DNA of 64,000 nt from contig CAJUKB010000004.1 in assembly GCA_910587325.1 (NCBI GenBank), forward strand, positions 16,988 to 80,987. Direction: 5' to 3'. Both the position numbers and the translations under genes were made by a program. The notes under the pieces were generated by a model. That model had not been told where the DNA came from and made no database searches. It saw nothing but the letters and a program-made list of their open reading frames with translations. Positions 56,821 to 64,000 of this stretch are shown in pieces. The DNA comes from an uncultured Bacilli bacterium. GTDB lineage: Bacteria > Bacillota_I > Bacilli_A > RF39 > UBA660. The stretch's first letter is position 1; every line of letters starts with the position of its first letter.

Positions 56821-58872
56821 ATGAAAGTACTTTGTAAAAAAATTAAGCGTGCCAACAAGATAGCACTCGCTATTTATATTTTATCTATAGGAATGTTTAT
56901 TGCAAGTTATATTTACTTTGCAATTTCCTTATTTAAATTAGAAGGAATTGAAACCGTTATTCGTGCTTCCTTACTTGTTTTCTTTGTGATTTGGTTTTTA
57001 ATTTATTTCTTATTTGGACTATCCACATTAGTCACAAAAAAGCTAAAAAAATTTTTAGTTCTGACCTTTATCCAGCTTTTATTTTTAGGTATTATGCTAT
57101 TTGCATCCTTAGTGATTCATCGTCTTTATGGTAAATTAGAAATGATTAGTAACCAAGACTATACTTTGTATACCACAAACTTAATTGCTCTTAAAGATAC
57201 CGAGTTAAATGGTAGTAGCAAAATCGGAATGATTAGCAACAATGAAGACATAGAAGGTTATATATTAGCCAATACATTAATCAATAAAGAAAATTTGAGT
57301 CATGAAGTAGAATACTTTGATGATTACTATTCCATGTTGAATGCTTTATATAATAAAGAAATTGCTGCAGCATTTGTATCTAGTAACTATATTATTTTAT
57401 TTAGTAGTGAAGAAGTTTATGAACATATAGGGGAAGAAACCAAAGTTTTATACGAATATAGTGAACAAATGAAATCCAAAACCATTACCAATACCAATAA
57501 AAAACTAACTGAACCTTTTACCGTACTTTTAATGGGTGTAGATTCAGAGAAAGATGGTTTAAATGCCAATGCTGCGTTTAATGGAGATACCTTAATGCTC
57601 ATTACGTTTAATCCTAATACTTTAAATGCAACAATGTTAAGTATTCCAAGAGATACATACGTTCCTATTGCTTGTAACAATAACAGAAATCATAAAATAA
57701 ATTCCTCTGCTGCTTACGGAACAGAATGTGTTATTAATACCGTTAAAAATTTAGTGGATGTCGATATTGATTATTATGCTAAAATAAATTTTAATGGAGT
57801 TATTGACTTAGTAAATGCTTTAGGTGGAATTGATGTAGAAGTAGAACAACCGGATTATAAAGTCTATGTCAAACGTTATGGAGAAGGAAAGTTATGCGAA
57901 AGTAATTCCTTACGTAATATGAATGATTTAGTATGTATGGATACCGGAATGCAACATTTAAATGGAGAGCAAGCTCTTGCGTATGCAAGAAATAGACATG
58001 GATTCTTAGAAAGTGATTTAGCAAGAAATAGACACCAACAACAAATTGTAGAAGCGTTATCGAAAAAGCTATTAAGTGTGAGTAGTTTTAGTGATTTTGA
58101 AAACTTACTTGATGTCGTTGGAAAAAATATTGCAACGAACCTTTCTACTTCCCAAATGTTATCTTTTTATCAAACATTAAAAAATATGTTAATGCAAAGT
58201 TTAAAAGGGAATGACTTTATTACGATTCAAAAAACTTATTTAGAAGTTTATAACTTACCTGTCATGGTAGGTGGTATGCAATTGTCTGCTCTTGGTTATT
58301 ATGAAAATAGTTTAGAAAAAATAAAAGAGGCTATGAATGTTAATTTAGGATTAAAGGAAGAAGAAATGATTAAAACCTTCTCCTATGATTATAATGAAGA
58401 GTACGAATCTCCTGTAATTGGAAAAGGAGTACGAAGTGGTACCAAAGAAGCAACAGTGCCAAACTTAATTGGCAGTACCTTAAGAACTGCCGAAGATTGG
58501 GGAAGAAATAATAATGTTACTATCCATACTGAATTTGTTTGTAGTGATGGTATTCCTGGAATTATAGGAAATCAAAGCGTTCGAATTGGGACATCTGTTA
58601 AGAGTATTTCAAGTATGACTATTTATATTAATCAAGCTTGTAATGGAACCACTACTCCAAGTGATGGCAATACAACAGACAATAATAACAATAATAACAA
58701 TAATAACAATAACGACACGCCTAGTTTAATTGACCCTATTCCGGGAGTTCCAACAGAGCCAAATCCTGATGGGGATAATCCAAGTGGTGGAGATAATAAC
58801 GAAGGAGACAATAACCAAACGCCTGACCCAACCATTCCAGGGCTTCCTACAGAAGGAGAAGAAGAAAACTAA
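56821..58872 (+). CDS. LytR-CpsA-Psr (LCP) family glycopolymer ligase with an Asn/Pro/Asp-rich low-complexity C-terminal tail
   Basis: LCP motifs LSIPRDTYV and GEQALAYARNRH, N-terminal TM helices. Start taken at MKVLCKK with RBS GAGAGGA. The ORF track starts at 56773. Confidence 0.75.
   Translation: MKVLCKKIKRANKIALAIYILSIGMFIASYIYFAISLFKLEGIETVIRASLLVFFVIWFLIYFLFGLSTLVTKKLKKFLVLTFIQLLFLGIMLFASLVIHRLYGKLEMISNQDYTLYTTNLIALKDTELNGSSKIGMISNNEDIEGYILANTLINKENLSHEVEYFDDYYSMLNALYNKEIAAAFVSSNYIILFSSEEVYEHIGEETKVLYEYSEQMKSKTITNTNKKLTEPFTVLLMGVDSEKDGLNANAAFNGDTLMLITFNPNTLNATMLSIPRDTYVPIACNNNRNHKINSSAAYGTECVINTVKNLVDVDIDYYAKINFNGVIDLVNALGGIDVEVEQPDYKVYVKRYGEGKLCESNSLRNMNDLVCMDTGMQHLNGEQALAYARNRHGFLESDLARNRHQQQIVEALSKKLLSVSSFSDFENLLDVVGKNIATNLSTSQMLSFYQTLKNMLMQSLKGNDFITIQKTYLEVYNLPVMVGGMQLSALGYYENSLEKIKEAMNVNLGLKEEEMIKTFSYDYNEEYESPVIGKGVRSGTKEATVPNLIGSTLRTAEDWGRNNNVTIHTEFVCSDGIPGIIGNQSVRIGTSVKSISSMTIYINQACNGTTTPSDGNTTDNNNNNNNNNNNDTPSLIDPIPGVPTEPNPDGDNPSGGDNNEGDNNQTPDPTIPGLPTEGEEEN
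58678..58716 (+). repeat. (AATAAC/AAT)n trinucleotide-type repeat encoding a poly-Asn run inside the LCP gene
   Basis: gacaataataacaataataacaataataacaataacgac encodes an 11-residue Asn run (DNNNNNNNNNNND). Confidence 0.8.
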
Positions 58873-58905
58873 CCTTCTTTTTTCATGGTAAAAAACCAAA
58901 AAAGA

Positions 58906-59030
58906 GTTGTATCGAAACACAATATTGTGTACAATATAAATGTAAGTGCTACTAAGTAGATAACGCCTTACAATTTTGGTTGAAAGACGCTATACCATTC
59001 GTCGTATAATTTATGCAAGTTTTGGTTAGC
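58906..59030 (+). ncRNA. Candidate small RNA: strong promoter plus terminator-like hairpin with no ORF
   Basis: TTGTAT-17-TACAAT with extended TG at 58906-58937. Downstream, AGACGCTA...TAGCGTCT (8-bp stem, long loop) is followed by ATTTTTT. Only an 11-codon ORF is possible. Confidence 0.3.
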
Positions 59031-59312
59031 GTCTATTTTTTATATTAAACGTAGTATAACTACTATTAACATAATTATAATGATTAAAAGTACAAATACT
59101 AATAAAAGCATTGAATCTTTTTTCATAACTACTCGCCCCTACTCTACAACTCCCCTTGATTATAAAAAATCTTGATGTTTGTATATGTAAGAAAAAAGTA
59201 GTAAGGCGCCACTTTTTGCTAACACGAATTTGTATTATAATTTATTTACAATAGTTTCGACAAAATAGGACAAAAGTTTTTTTAATCAATAGAAAATAAG
59301 GAAGAATGAAAT

Positions 59313-59846
59313 ATGAAAGATTGGACAAAACATCAGTTACATCGTTTACGTATTGCCCTAATACTGAATAGCGATAAAAGAAATCGTTATATTATTAAAC
59401 ATAATATATTTAGGAGTGTGGGAGAAAACTTTTTCTTTCAACCAAGAATTATTCCACCAGAGCCAAAACTAATCAAATTCCATAATAATGACATTGTCAC
59501 AAGCAACGTTACATTTGTAAATCATGACGTTTTTCATTTAGGACTTAATAAATTAGGAAAAGGGGAATTTTATTATAAAACCGGTTGTATTGAAGTTATG
59601 GATAATGTGTTTATTGGATGTAATAGTATCATTCTTTATAACGTTCGCATAGGACCAAATGCAATTATTGCAGCAGGAAGTGTTGTTACTAAAGATGTGC
59701 CTCCTAATAGTGTTGTGGCAGGAGTACCAGCTAGAGTGATTGGTACATTTGATGATTATGTGAATAAAAGATTAAAAAGTAATCGTATGTATCCTATTGA
59801 TATACTATGGGAAAACTTTGAAAAAGAAAAAAATAACGGGAGTTAA
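59313..59846 (+). CDS. Hexapeptide-repeat (left-handed beta-helix) sugar O-acetyltransferase
   Basis: 177 aa. Hexapeptide repeats IGCNSIILYNVRIGPNAIIAAGSVVTKDVPPNSVVAGVPARVIG, typical of the Mac/WbbJ family. Confidence 0.7.
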   Translation: MKDWTKHQLHRLRIALILNSDKRNRYIIKHNIFRSVGENFFFQPRIIPPEPKLIKFHNNDIVTSNVTFVNHDVFHLGLNKLGKGEFYYKTGCIEVMDNVFIGCNSIILYNVRIGPNAIIAAGSVVTKDVPPNSVVAGVPARVIGTFDDYVNKRLKSNRMYPIDILWENFEKEKNNGS

Positions 59847-59883
59847 ATCTCGTTATTTTTATTTGTATTTTAAATAGGAAAAT

Positions 59884-60726
59884 TTATTGTAGCTTTCTCG
59901 TTAAGCCTACATTTATTTCAGGTTGAATTATATTTATCTTCTCTTCTAAAGTTTTACTTCCATCTTTTAAAGTCACATATACAAATTCATCCATATTTTC
60001 TATTGTAGCATTATCCATTTTGGGAATTTCTGCACTAATTACATATTCTTTATTATTTCCTTTTAAAGAAGTTTTTTCACCTAAAATGACGTAAGTAGGG
60101 TTGTTTTCTTTCAGTACTAAATAGGCACTATTAACACTTCCATCTGAATTTTTAAAATTTCCAAAATAGACAGGTTCTCTATACGTTTTCATAGGTAAAT
60201 CTAAAATGCCAAAATTCGTATAATGATTTTTTATTGCTTCTATCCATTCTTCTTTTTCTCTATTTTTTTCTTGATAATCAACATTTATTTCAGACTGAAT
60301 TATATTTACTTTTTCTTCTAAATTTTTACTCTTGTCTCTTAATGTCATGTATACAAATTGGTCCATATTCTCTATTGTAGCATTATCCATTTTAGGAATT
60401 TCTGCACTAATTACATGTTCTACATGATGAATAGTTACAAATCCTAATTCAGTTTTTGGATATTCTTCAATAGGTTTTTTTGTCCCTACAATTACATAAG
60501 TAGGGATATCTTCTTTCAATGTTAAATAAATTTCATTTATACTTCCATCTAGATTTTCTATAAGTCCAAAGTAAATCGGATTGCAATAAGTTTCCTTATC
60601 TAATCCTGCTACATTAAAATTAGTATAATTTTTTTTATTTTCCTTTTGGTCTTTTCTTACTTCTGCTTTTTCTTCATAAGACATACCATTTTTCTTTTGG
60701 TAGACATGTTTCCAACTTTTTGCCAT
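59884..60726 (-). CDS. Hypothetical protein with an internal tandem duplication of a ~130-aa domain
   Basis: Two repeats (...NFNVAGLDKETYCNPIYFG...VISAEIPKMDNATIENMDQFVYMTL... and ...NFGILDLPMKTYREPVYFG...VISAEIPKMDNATIENMDEFVYVTL...). Start taken at MAKSW with perfect RBS AGGGAGG. The ORF track's longer start would overlap tsaD. Confidence 0.5.
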   Translation of the reverse strand: MAKSWKHVYQKKNGMSYEEKAEVRKDQKENKKNYTNFNVAGLDKETYCNPIYFGLIENLDGSINEIYLTLKEDIPTYVIVGTKKPIEEYPKTELGFVTIHHVEHVISAEIPKMDNATIENMDQFVYMTLRDKSKNLEEKVNIIQSEINVDYQEKNREKEEWIEAIKNHYTNFGILDLPMKTYREPVYFGNFKNSDGSVNSAYLVLKENNPTYVILGEKTSLKGNNKEYVISAEIPKMDNATIENMDEFVYVTLKDGSKTLEEKINIIQPEINVGLTRKLQ

Positions 60727-60757
60727 AAAAACCTCCCTTACTTCCATACTAACATAA

Positions 60758-61771
60758 TTATTGATACTCCACAATAGAAGATTGACTACTTGCATTAAGA
60801 GTAAAATCAGCAAATTTATTTTGTTTAAATAAAGGATACGCAGCTGCTCCTATCATAGCGGCATTATCAGTACAATATTTTTTATCCGGAATACTTAAAT
60901 GTACTTGGTACTTATCAGCAACCTTTTTGATTTTTTCACGTAAATAACCACTAGAAGCGACTCCTCCTGCAATGATTAACTCTTTTACATCCATATTTTT
61001 TAAAGCAAGTTCTACTTTTCTTGTGACTTCCTCTATAGCAGTCGTTTGGAAACTACAAGCCAAATCCTCTTTTCTTATTTCGTTTCCTCTTTGGGTTTCG
61101 TTATGCACTAGATTAATCACAGCACTTTTTAAGCCACTAAAACTAAAGCGATAAGAACCATCTTGTACAGGTTTAGGCATTGGATAACTTGGTGTTCCTA
61201 GGGTAGCTAGTTTTTCCACATTAGGTCCTCCCGGATATTTAAGTCCTAGAACGCGTGCTACTTTATCATAACTTTCTCCAATGGCATCATCTAGAGTACT
61301 TCCTAAAATTTTAAACTTGTAATCATCTTCCATTAAAATTAAATCCGTATGTCCTCCGCTTACTACTAGGGCAAGAAGGGGAAATGTAAGTTTATTATCA
61401 AGTGCATTTGCATAAATATGACCAATCGTATGATGAACTGCAATTAAAGGCTTTTTATAAACAAGAGATAAAGTTTTAGCAAATTCAACGCCAACAAGTA
61501 AACTTCCTAAAAGTCCGGGAGCATATGTTACAGCTATGGCATCAATTTCCTCTATCTTGATACTACTTTTTTTTAATGTTTCTTCTAAAACAAGAGTAAT
61601 ATTCTCTGTGTGCATACGAGAAGCAATTTCGGGAACAACTCCTCCATACTCTGCATGGGTATCCATTTGAGTAAGTACTACAAAAGATTCTACTACTGAA
61701 CCATTTTTAACAATCGCCATACTTGTTTCATCACATGAAGATTCAATACCCAAAATATATACATCTTTCAT
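60758..61771 (-). CDS. tsaD: tRNA N6-adenosine threonylcarbamoyltransferase TsaD (Kae1/Gcp)
   Basis: 337 aa. MKDVYILGIESSCDETSMAIV and HHTIGHIYA metal-binding motifs. Confidence 0.9.
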   Translation of the reverse strand: MKDVYILGIESSCDETSMAIVKNGSVVESFVVLTQMDTHAEYGGVVPEIASRMHTENITLVLEETLKKSSIKIEEIDAIAVTYAPGLLGSLLVGVEFAKTLSLVYKKPLIAVHHTIGHIYANALDNKLTFPLLALVVSGGHTDLILMEDDYKFKILGSTLDDAIGESYDKVARVLGLKYPGGPNVEKLATLGTPSYPMPKPVQDGSYRFSFSGLKSAVINLVHNETQRGNEIRKEDLACSFQTTAIEEVTRKVELALKNMDVKELIIAGGVASSGYLREKIKKVADKYQVHLSIPDKKYCTDNAAMIGAAAYPLFKQNKFADFTLNASSQSSIVEYQ

Positions 61772-62199
61772 CCTCTTAGTCTCCTTCCCATCAAATAAGC
61801 ATCTTCACCATCCAGATAATACTTTTTTCTAATATAGACAACTTCAAAACCAAATTTTTTGTATAGTTGAATCGCCGGAGTATTGCTTTTTCGAACTTCT
61901 AATGTTAATAACTTCACACTTTCCTTAATATCGCTTAACATATAATCCATTAAACAACTAGCAATTCCTTTATTTCGTTCTTCTTCTTTTACAATAATAT
62001 CTCCAATATCAACGGTTTCCTCTAATTCAGTATACATTAAAAATCCTTTAATACTCCCTTCTGCTTCATAGACCAATATTTTTATAAGTTTATTATTTTC
62101 CATTTCTTTCAAGTTGTTGGTTTTGGAAAAATTAGGTGATAAACGATTACCTAGTTCTTCTACTTGCTCTATATCTTCTATTTTTAATTTACGAATCAT
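61768..62199 (-). CDS. rimI: Ribosomal-protein-alanine N-acetyltransferase (GNAT)
   Basis: 143 aa GNAT fold, positioned between tsaB and tsaD as in the canonical operon. Confidence 0.7.
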   Translation of the reverse strand: MIRKLKIEDIEQVEELGNRLSPNFSKTNNLKEMENNKLIKILVYEAEGSIKGFLMYTELEETVDIGDIIVKEEERNKGIASCLMDYMLSDIKESVKLLTLEVRKSNTPAIQLYKKFGFEVVYIRKKYYLDGEDAYLMGRRLRG

Positions 62200-62753
62200 T
62201 TTTGTACCTCAATTAATTTGACATAAAGTGGTTTTACAGAATGTGGATTTATTGCTTCTAAAGATTTAGAAAATTCTATAATTTTTTCATAATCTATTTC
62301 TATATCTTCTACATCATTTTCGTCAGTTTCATACTCTTTATTACTTACATAAGAGTAGTTATCCACTAAGTTATTCTCTTTATCAAACGTTCCTAGAAAA
62401 ACTCCATTTTTTTCTCTTTCCACAATTCTTACCTTTTCATGAGAAAAAGAAACAGCTTTTATAAGAAGGCTTGATAACGTTTTAATCGGAATTTGTAAAG
62501 TATAAGCAAGGGTTTTAGCAATGGTAACTCCAATTCTTACTCCAGTAAAAGAACCAGGTCCATTCACAATTAGTATTTCATTTAATTCTTCTACTTCTAT
62601 TCCTTCTTTCTTTAAAACCTCTATCAAAACAGGCATCGTCGTAATACTTTGATTTTGTAAAGTTTCAACTTCCTTTTTTATTATTACTTTATTTTCTTTA
62701 TATAATACAATGGTAATTTTATTACTATGCGTATCTATAAACAATGTATACAT
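62196..62753 (-). CDS. tsaB: tRNA threonylcarbamoyladenosine biosynthesis protein TsaB (YeaZ)
   Basis: MYTLFIDTHSN...ILIVNGPGSFTGVRIGV. Start taken at the Met with RBS GGAGAGGAAG. The ORF track starts at 62777. Confidence 0.8.
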   Translation of the reverse strand: MYTLFIDTHSNKITIVLYKENKVIIKKEVETLQNQSITTMPVLIEVLKKEGIEVEELNEILIVNGPGSFTGVRIGVTIAKTLAYTLQIPIKTLSSLLIKAVSFSHEKVRIVEREKNGVFLGTFDKENNLVDNYSYVSNKEYETDENDVEDIEIDYEKIIEFSKSLEAINPHSVKPLYVKLIEVQK

Positions 62754-62801
62754 AAACTTACTTCCTCTCCAAAGCACAAAAAAACTCGTACACGAGCCCT
62801 A

Positions 62802-63263
62802 TTATAACACACTATGGCATAAATCTTCATACATATTGCCATGTGGTTCAACAACTAATACTCTTGTATTTTCATCAATGACTTTAAATTTAATATCTAG
62901 TCTTTCTTCGGGTAGACAATCACGAATTAAATCTGACCATTCAATAATGGTTACCCCACCTTTAGAAAAGTAGTCATCTAGTCCCACATTTTCGCGACTT
63001 CCCTCTAAGCGATATACGTCCATATGATATAAAGGAAGTTCTCCATTTGGATATTCTTTTACTAAATTAAACGTTGGAGAAGTGACATTTTCTTCTATTC
63101 CTAAAGCTCCAGCAAACCCTTTTACAAAAACGGTTTTCCCACTTCCTAGTTCTCCTTCTAAGCAAATGACCATATTAGGAAACTTTTCACTTTCTAAATT
63201 TTGTGCTAGTTCTAAAGTATCTTTTTCGTTTCTTGAAGTATATTTGTAATCCATTATTATCAC
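62802..63263 (-). CDS. tsaE: tRNA threonylcarbamoyladenosine biosynthesis ATPase TsaE (YjeE)
   Basis: 153 aa. Walker A LEGELGSGKT, typical TsaE size. Confidence 0.8.
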   Translation of the reverse strand: MIIMDYKYTSRNEKDTLELAQNLESEKFPNMVICLEGELGSGKTVFVKGFAGALGIEENVTSPTFNLVKEYPNGELPLYHMDVYRLEGSRENVGLDDYFSKGGVTIIEWSDLIRDCLPEERLDIKFKVIDENTRVLVVEPHGNMYEDLCHSVL

Positions 63264-63327
63264 CTATTCCTATTATAACAAAAGAAATTTATTTAATTCA
63301 ATTCCTTTGCACGTTAATTGACATTGC

Positions 63328-64000
63328 TTAACTTCTTTTTTTACTCATTATTCTTATCCCATGCAATATTGTTTTACGATTAAAGTTTCTATTTGCTTCT
63401 TTCATAAGTTCTTTTATGGTATCAATTACAATTTTACGGGTTTCTTCTTCTAGTTTTGTAAAACTTTTAAGAATGCTTGGTATCGTTCTCAATTTTAACT
63501 TTGTAAGTTCTTCTACTGTTTCAATATGACTTTTTTCTAATACCTGATACAACGTATTAATGAATATTTCTCTTTCTTTTTTATCAATTTTTTCTAACCA
63601 ACTTGATACCGTTGTTCTTAACTTATTACTTGTTTCATCTACTTCTTTTAAAGTAATAAATTTGGTCCCTTCTACTTGCCAAGTTAAAGCATCATGTTGC
63701 CAAATGCCAATCGAGTCACTTTTGATTACTTTATATTCACTTTTTTGAGTTAAAAGCATTCCAATGATAGAAGTCTCAGGAAGAAACGTTTTTATTTTAG
63801 GAAGCGTATTTAAATAAGATTGAGACATTACAAAGTCTTCTGTAAACCCCGGACCATCATTATTAAAAATGAACTTAATTCTTTTTTGTATTTTCTTCTT
63901 ACATTTTACTCCTGCATAGACAGCTAAATTTCCACCTTTAGAATGTCCTCCTAGATAAATATGACATTTGTTCCAAGAAACCACTTTATTCACGTAATTT
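63328..64000 (-). CDS. Lipase-like alpha/beta hydrolase (DUF2974/Mbeg1-like). The 5' end runs off the window.
   Basis: GGHSKGG lipase-type nucleophile motif. The ORF remains open to the window end. Confidence 0.5.
   Translation of the reverse strand, partial: NYVNKVVSWNKCHIYLGGHSKGGNLAVYAGVKCKKKIQKRIKFIFNNDGPGFTEDFVMSQSYLNTLPKIKTFLPETSIIGMLLTQKSEYKVIKSDSIGIWQHDALTWQVEGTKFITLKEVDETSNKLRTTVSSWLEKIDKKEREIFINTLYQVLEKSHIETVEELTKLKLRTIPSILKSFTKLEEETRKIVIDTIKELMKEANRNFNRKTILHGIRIMSKKRS

Noticed and set aside
58632-58920. Minus-strand ORFs (67 and 64 aa) overlapping the LCP C-terminal tail
   Set aside because: Antisense to a repeat-rich region. The poly-Leu translation is an artefact.
1-64000. CRISPR arrays, rRNA and tRNA genes
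   Set aside because: No regularly spaced direct repeats, no rRNA-like GC-rich structured stretches and no tRNA cloverleaf candidates were seen in any intergenic region.

Overview
This is a low-GC (about 25-28 % by eye) Gram-positive chromosomal segment, apparently from the Firmicutes, and it codes almost entirely on the minus strand. I did not identify the organism.

Housekeeping genes bracket the window: the N-terminal part of recG, an NlpC/P60 peptidase and a pyruvate:ferredoxin oxidoreductase on the left, and a tsaE-tsaB-rimI-tsaD operon on the right.

Between them lies a large accessory cell-envelope region. From left to right it contains:
- a class-B-sortase cassette (about 6.0-10.0 kb) flanked by two paralogous surface proteins that end in an NAQTG sorting signal;
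- a roughly 34 kb glycan-synthesis locus (about 10-44 kb) with two GtrB-like GT2 proteins, five polytopic GT-C-like membrane proteins, a GtrA-GT2 fusion, many GT2/GT4 glycosyltransferases (several fused), two acyltransferase-3 proteins, a Wzx flippase, a TagGH-like ABC exporter and a methyltransferase;
- a nested insertion inside that locus: an ISAs1-family element with a nonsense-mutated transposase that itself carries an IS3-family element with a broken orfB;
- an approximately 550-bp ISL3-derived miniature element with 22-bp terminal inverted repeats;
- a phosphocholine (lic) locus: a BCCT transporter, LicC, a fused LicC/LicA protein and LicD;
- TagO/WecA, an O-antigen-ligase-like/GT4 fusion, a cadherin-like surface protein, a GH73-like hydrolase with dockerin repeats, and an LCP (LytR-CpsA-Psr) ligase.

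The most striking signal is four homopolymeric G10 tracts (C10 on the plus strand) in this AT-rich DNA, each immediately followed by TATAAT or TATAAA.
- Two sit in the spacer between the -35 and -10 of recognisable minus-strand promoters: TTGACA-N19-TATAAT upstream of the 503-aa NAQTG protein, and a weaker TTGTCT-N19-TATAAT upstream of a GT-C/GtrB operon.
- A third sits inside the 3' coding end of one gene and immediately upstream of the next glycosyltransferase gene.
- The paralogous promoter upstream of the second surface protein has the same architecture but an interrupted tract and a 17-nt spacer.

I read these as a coordinated, slipped-strand phase-variation (contingency) system controlling surface-protein display and glycan decoration. 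That reading is inference from sequence alone.

I saw no rRNA, tRNA or CRISPR arrays.
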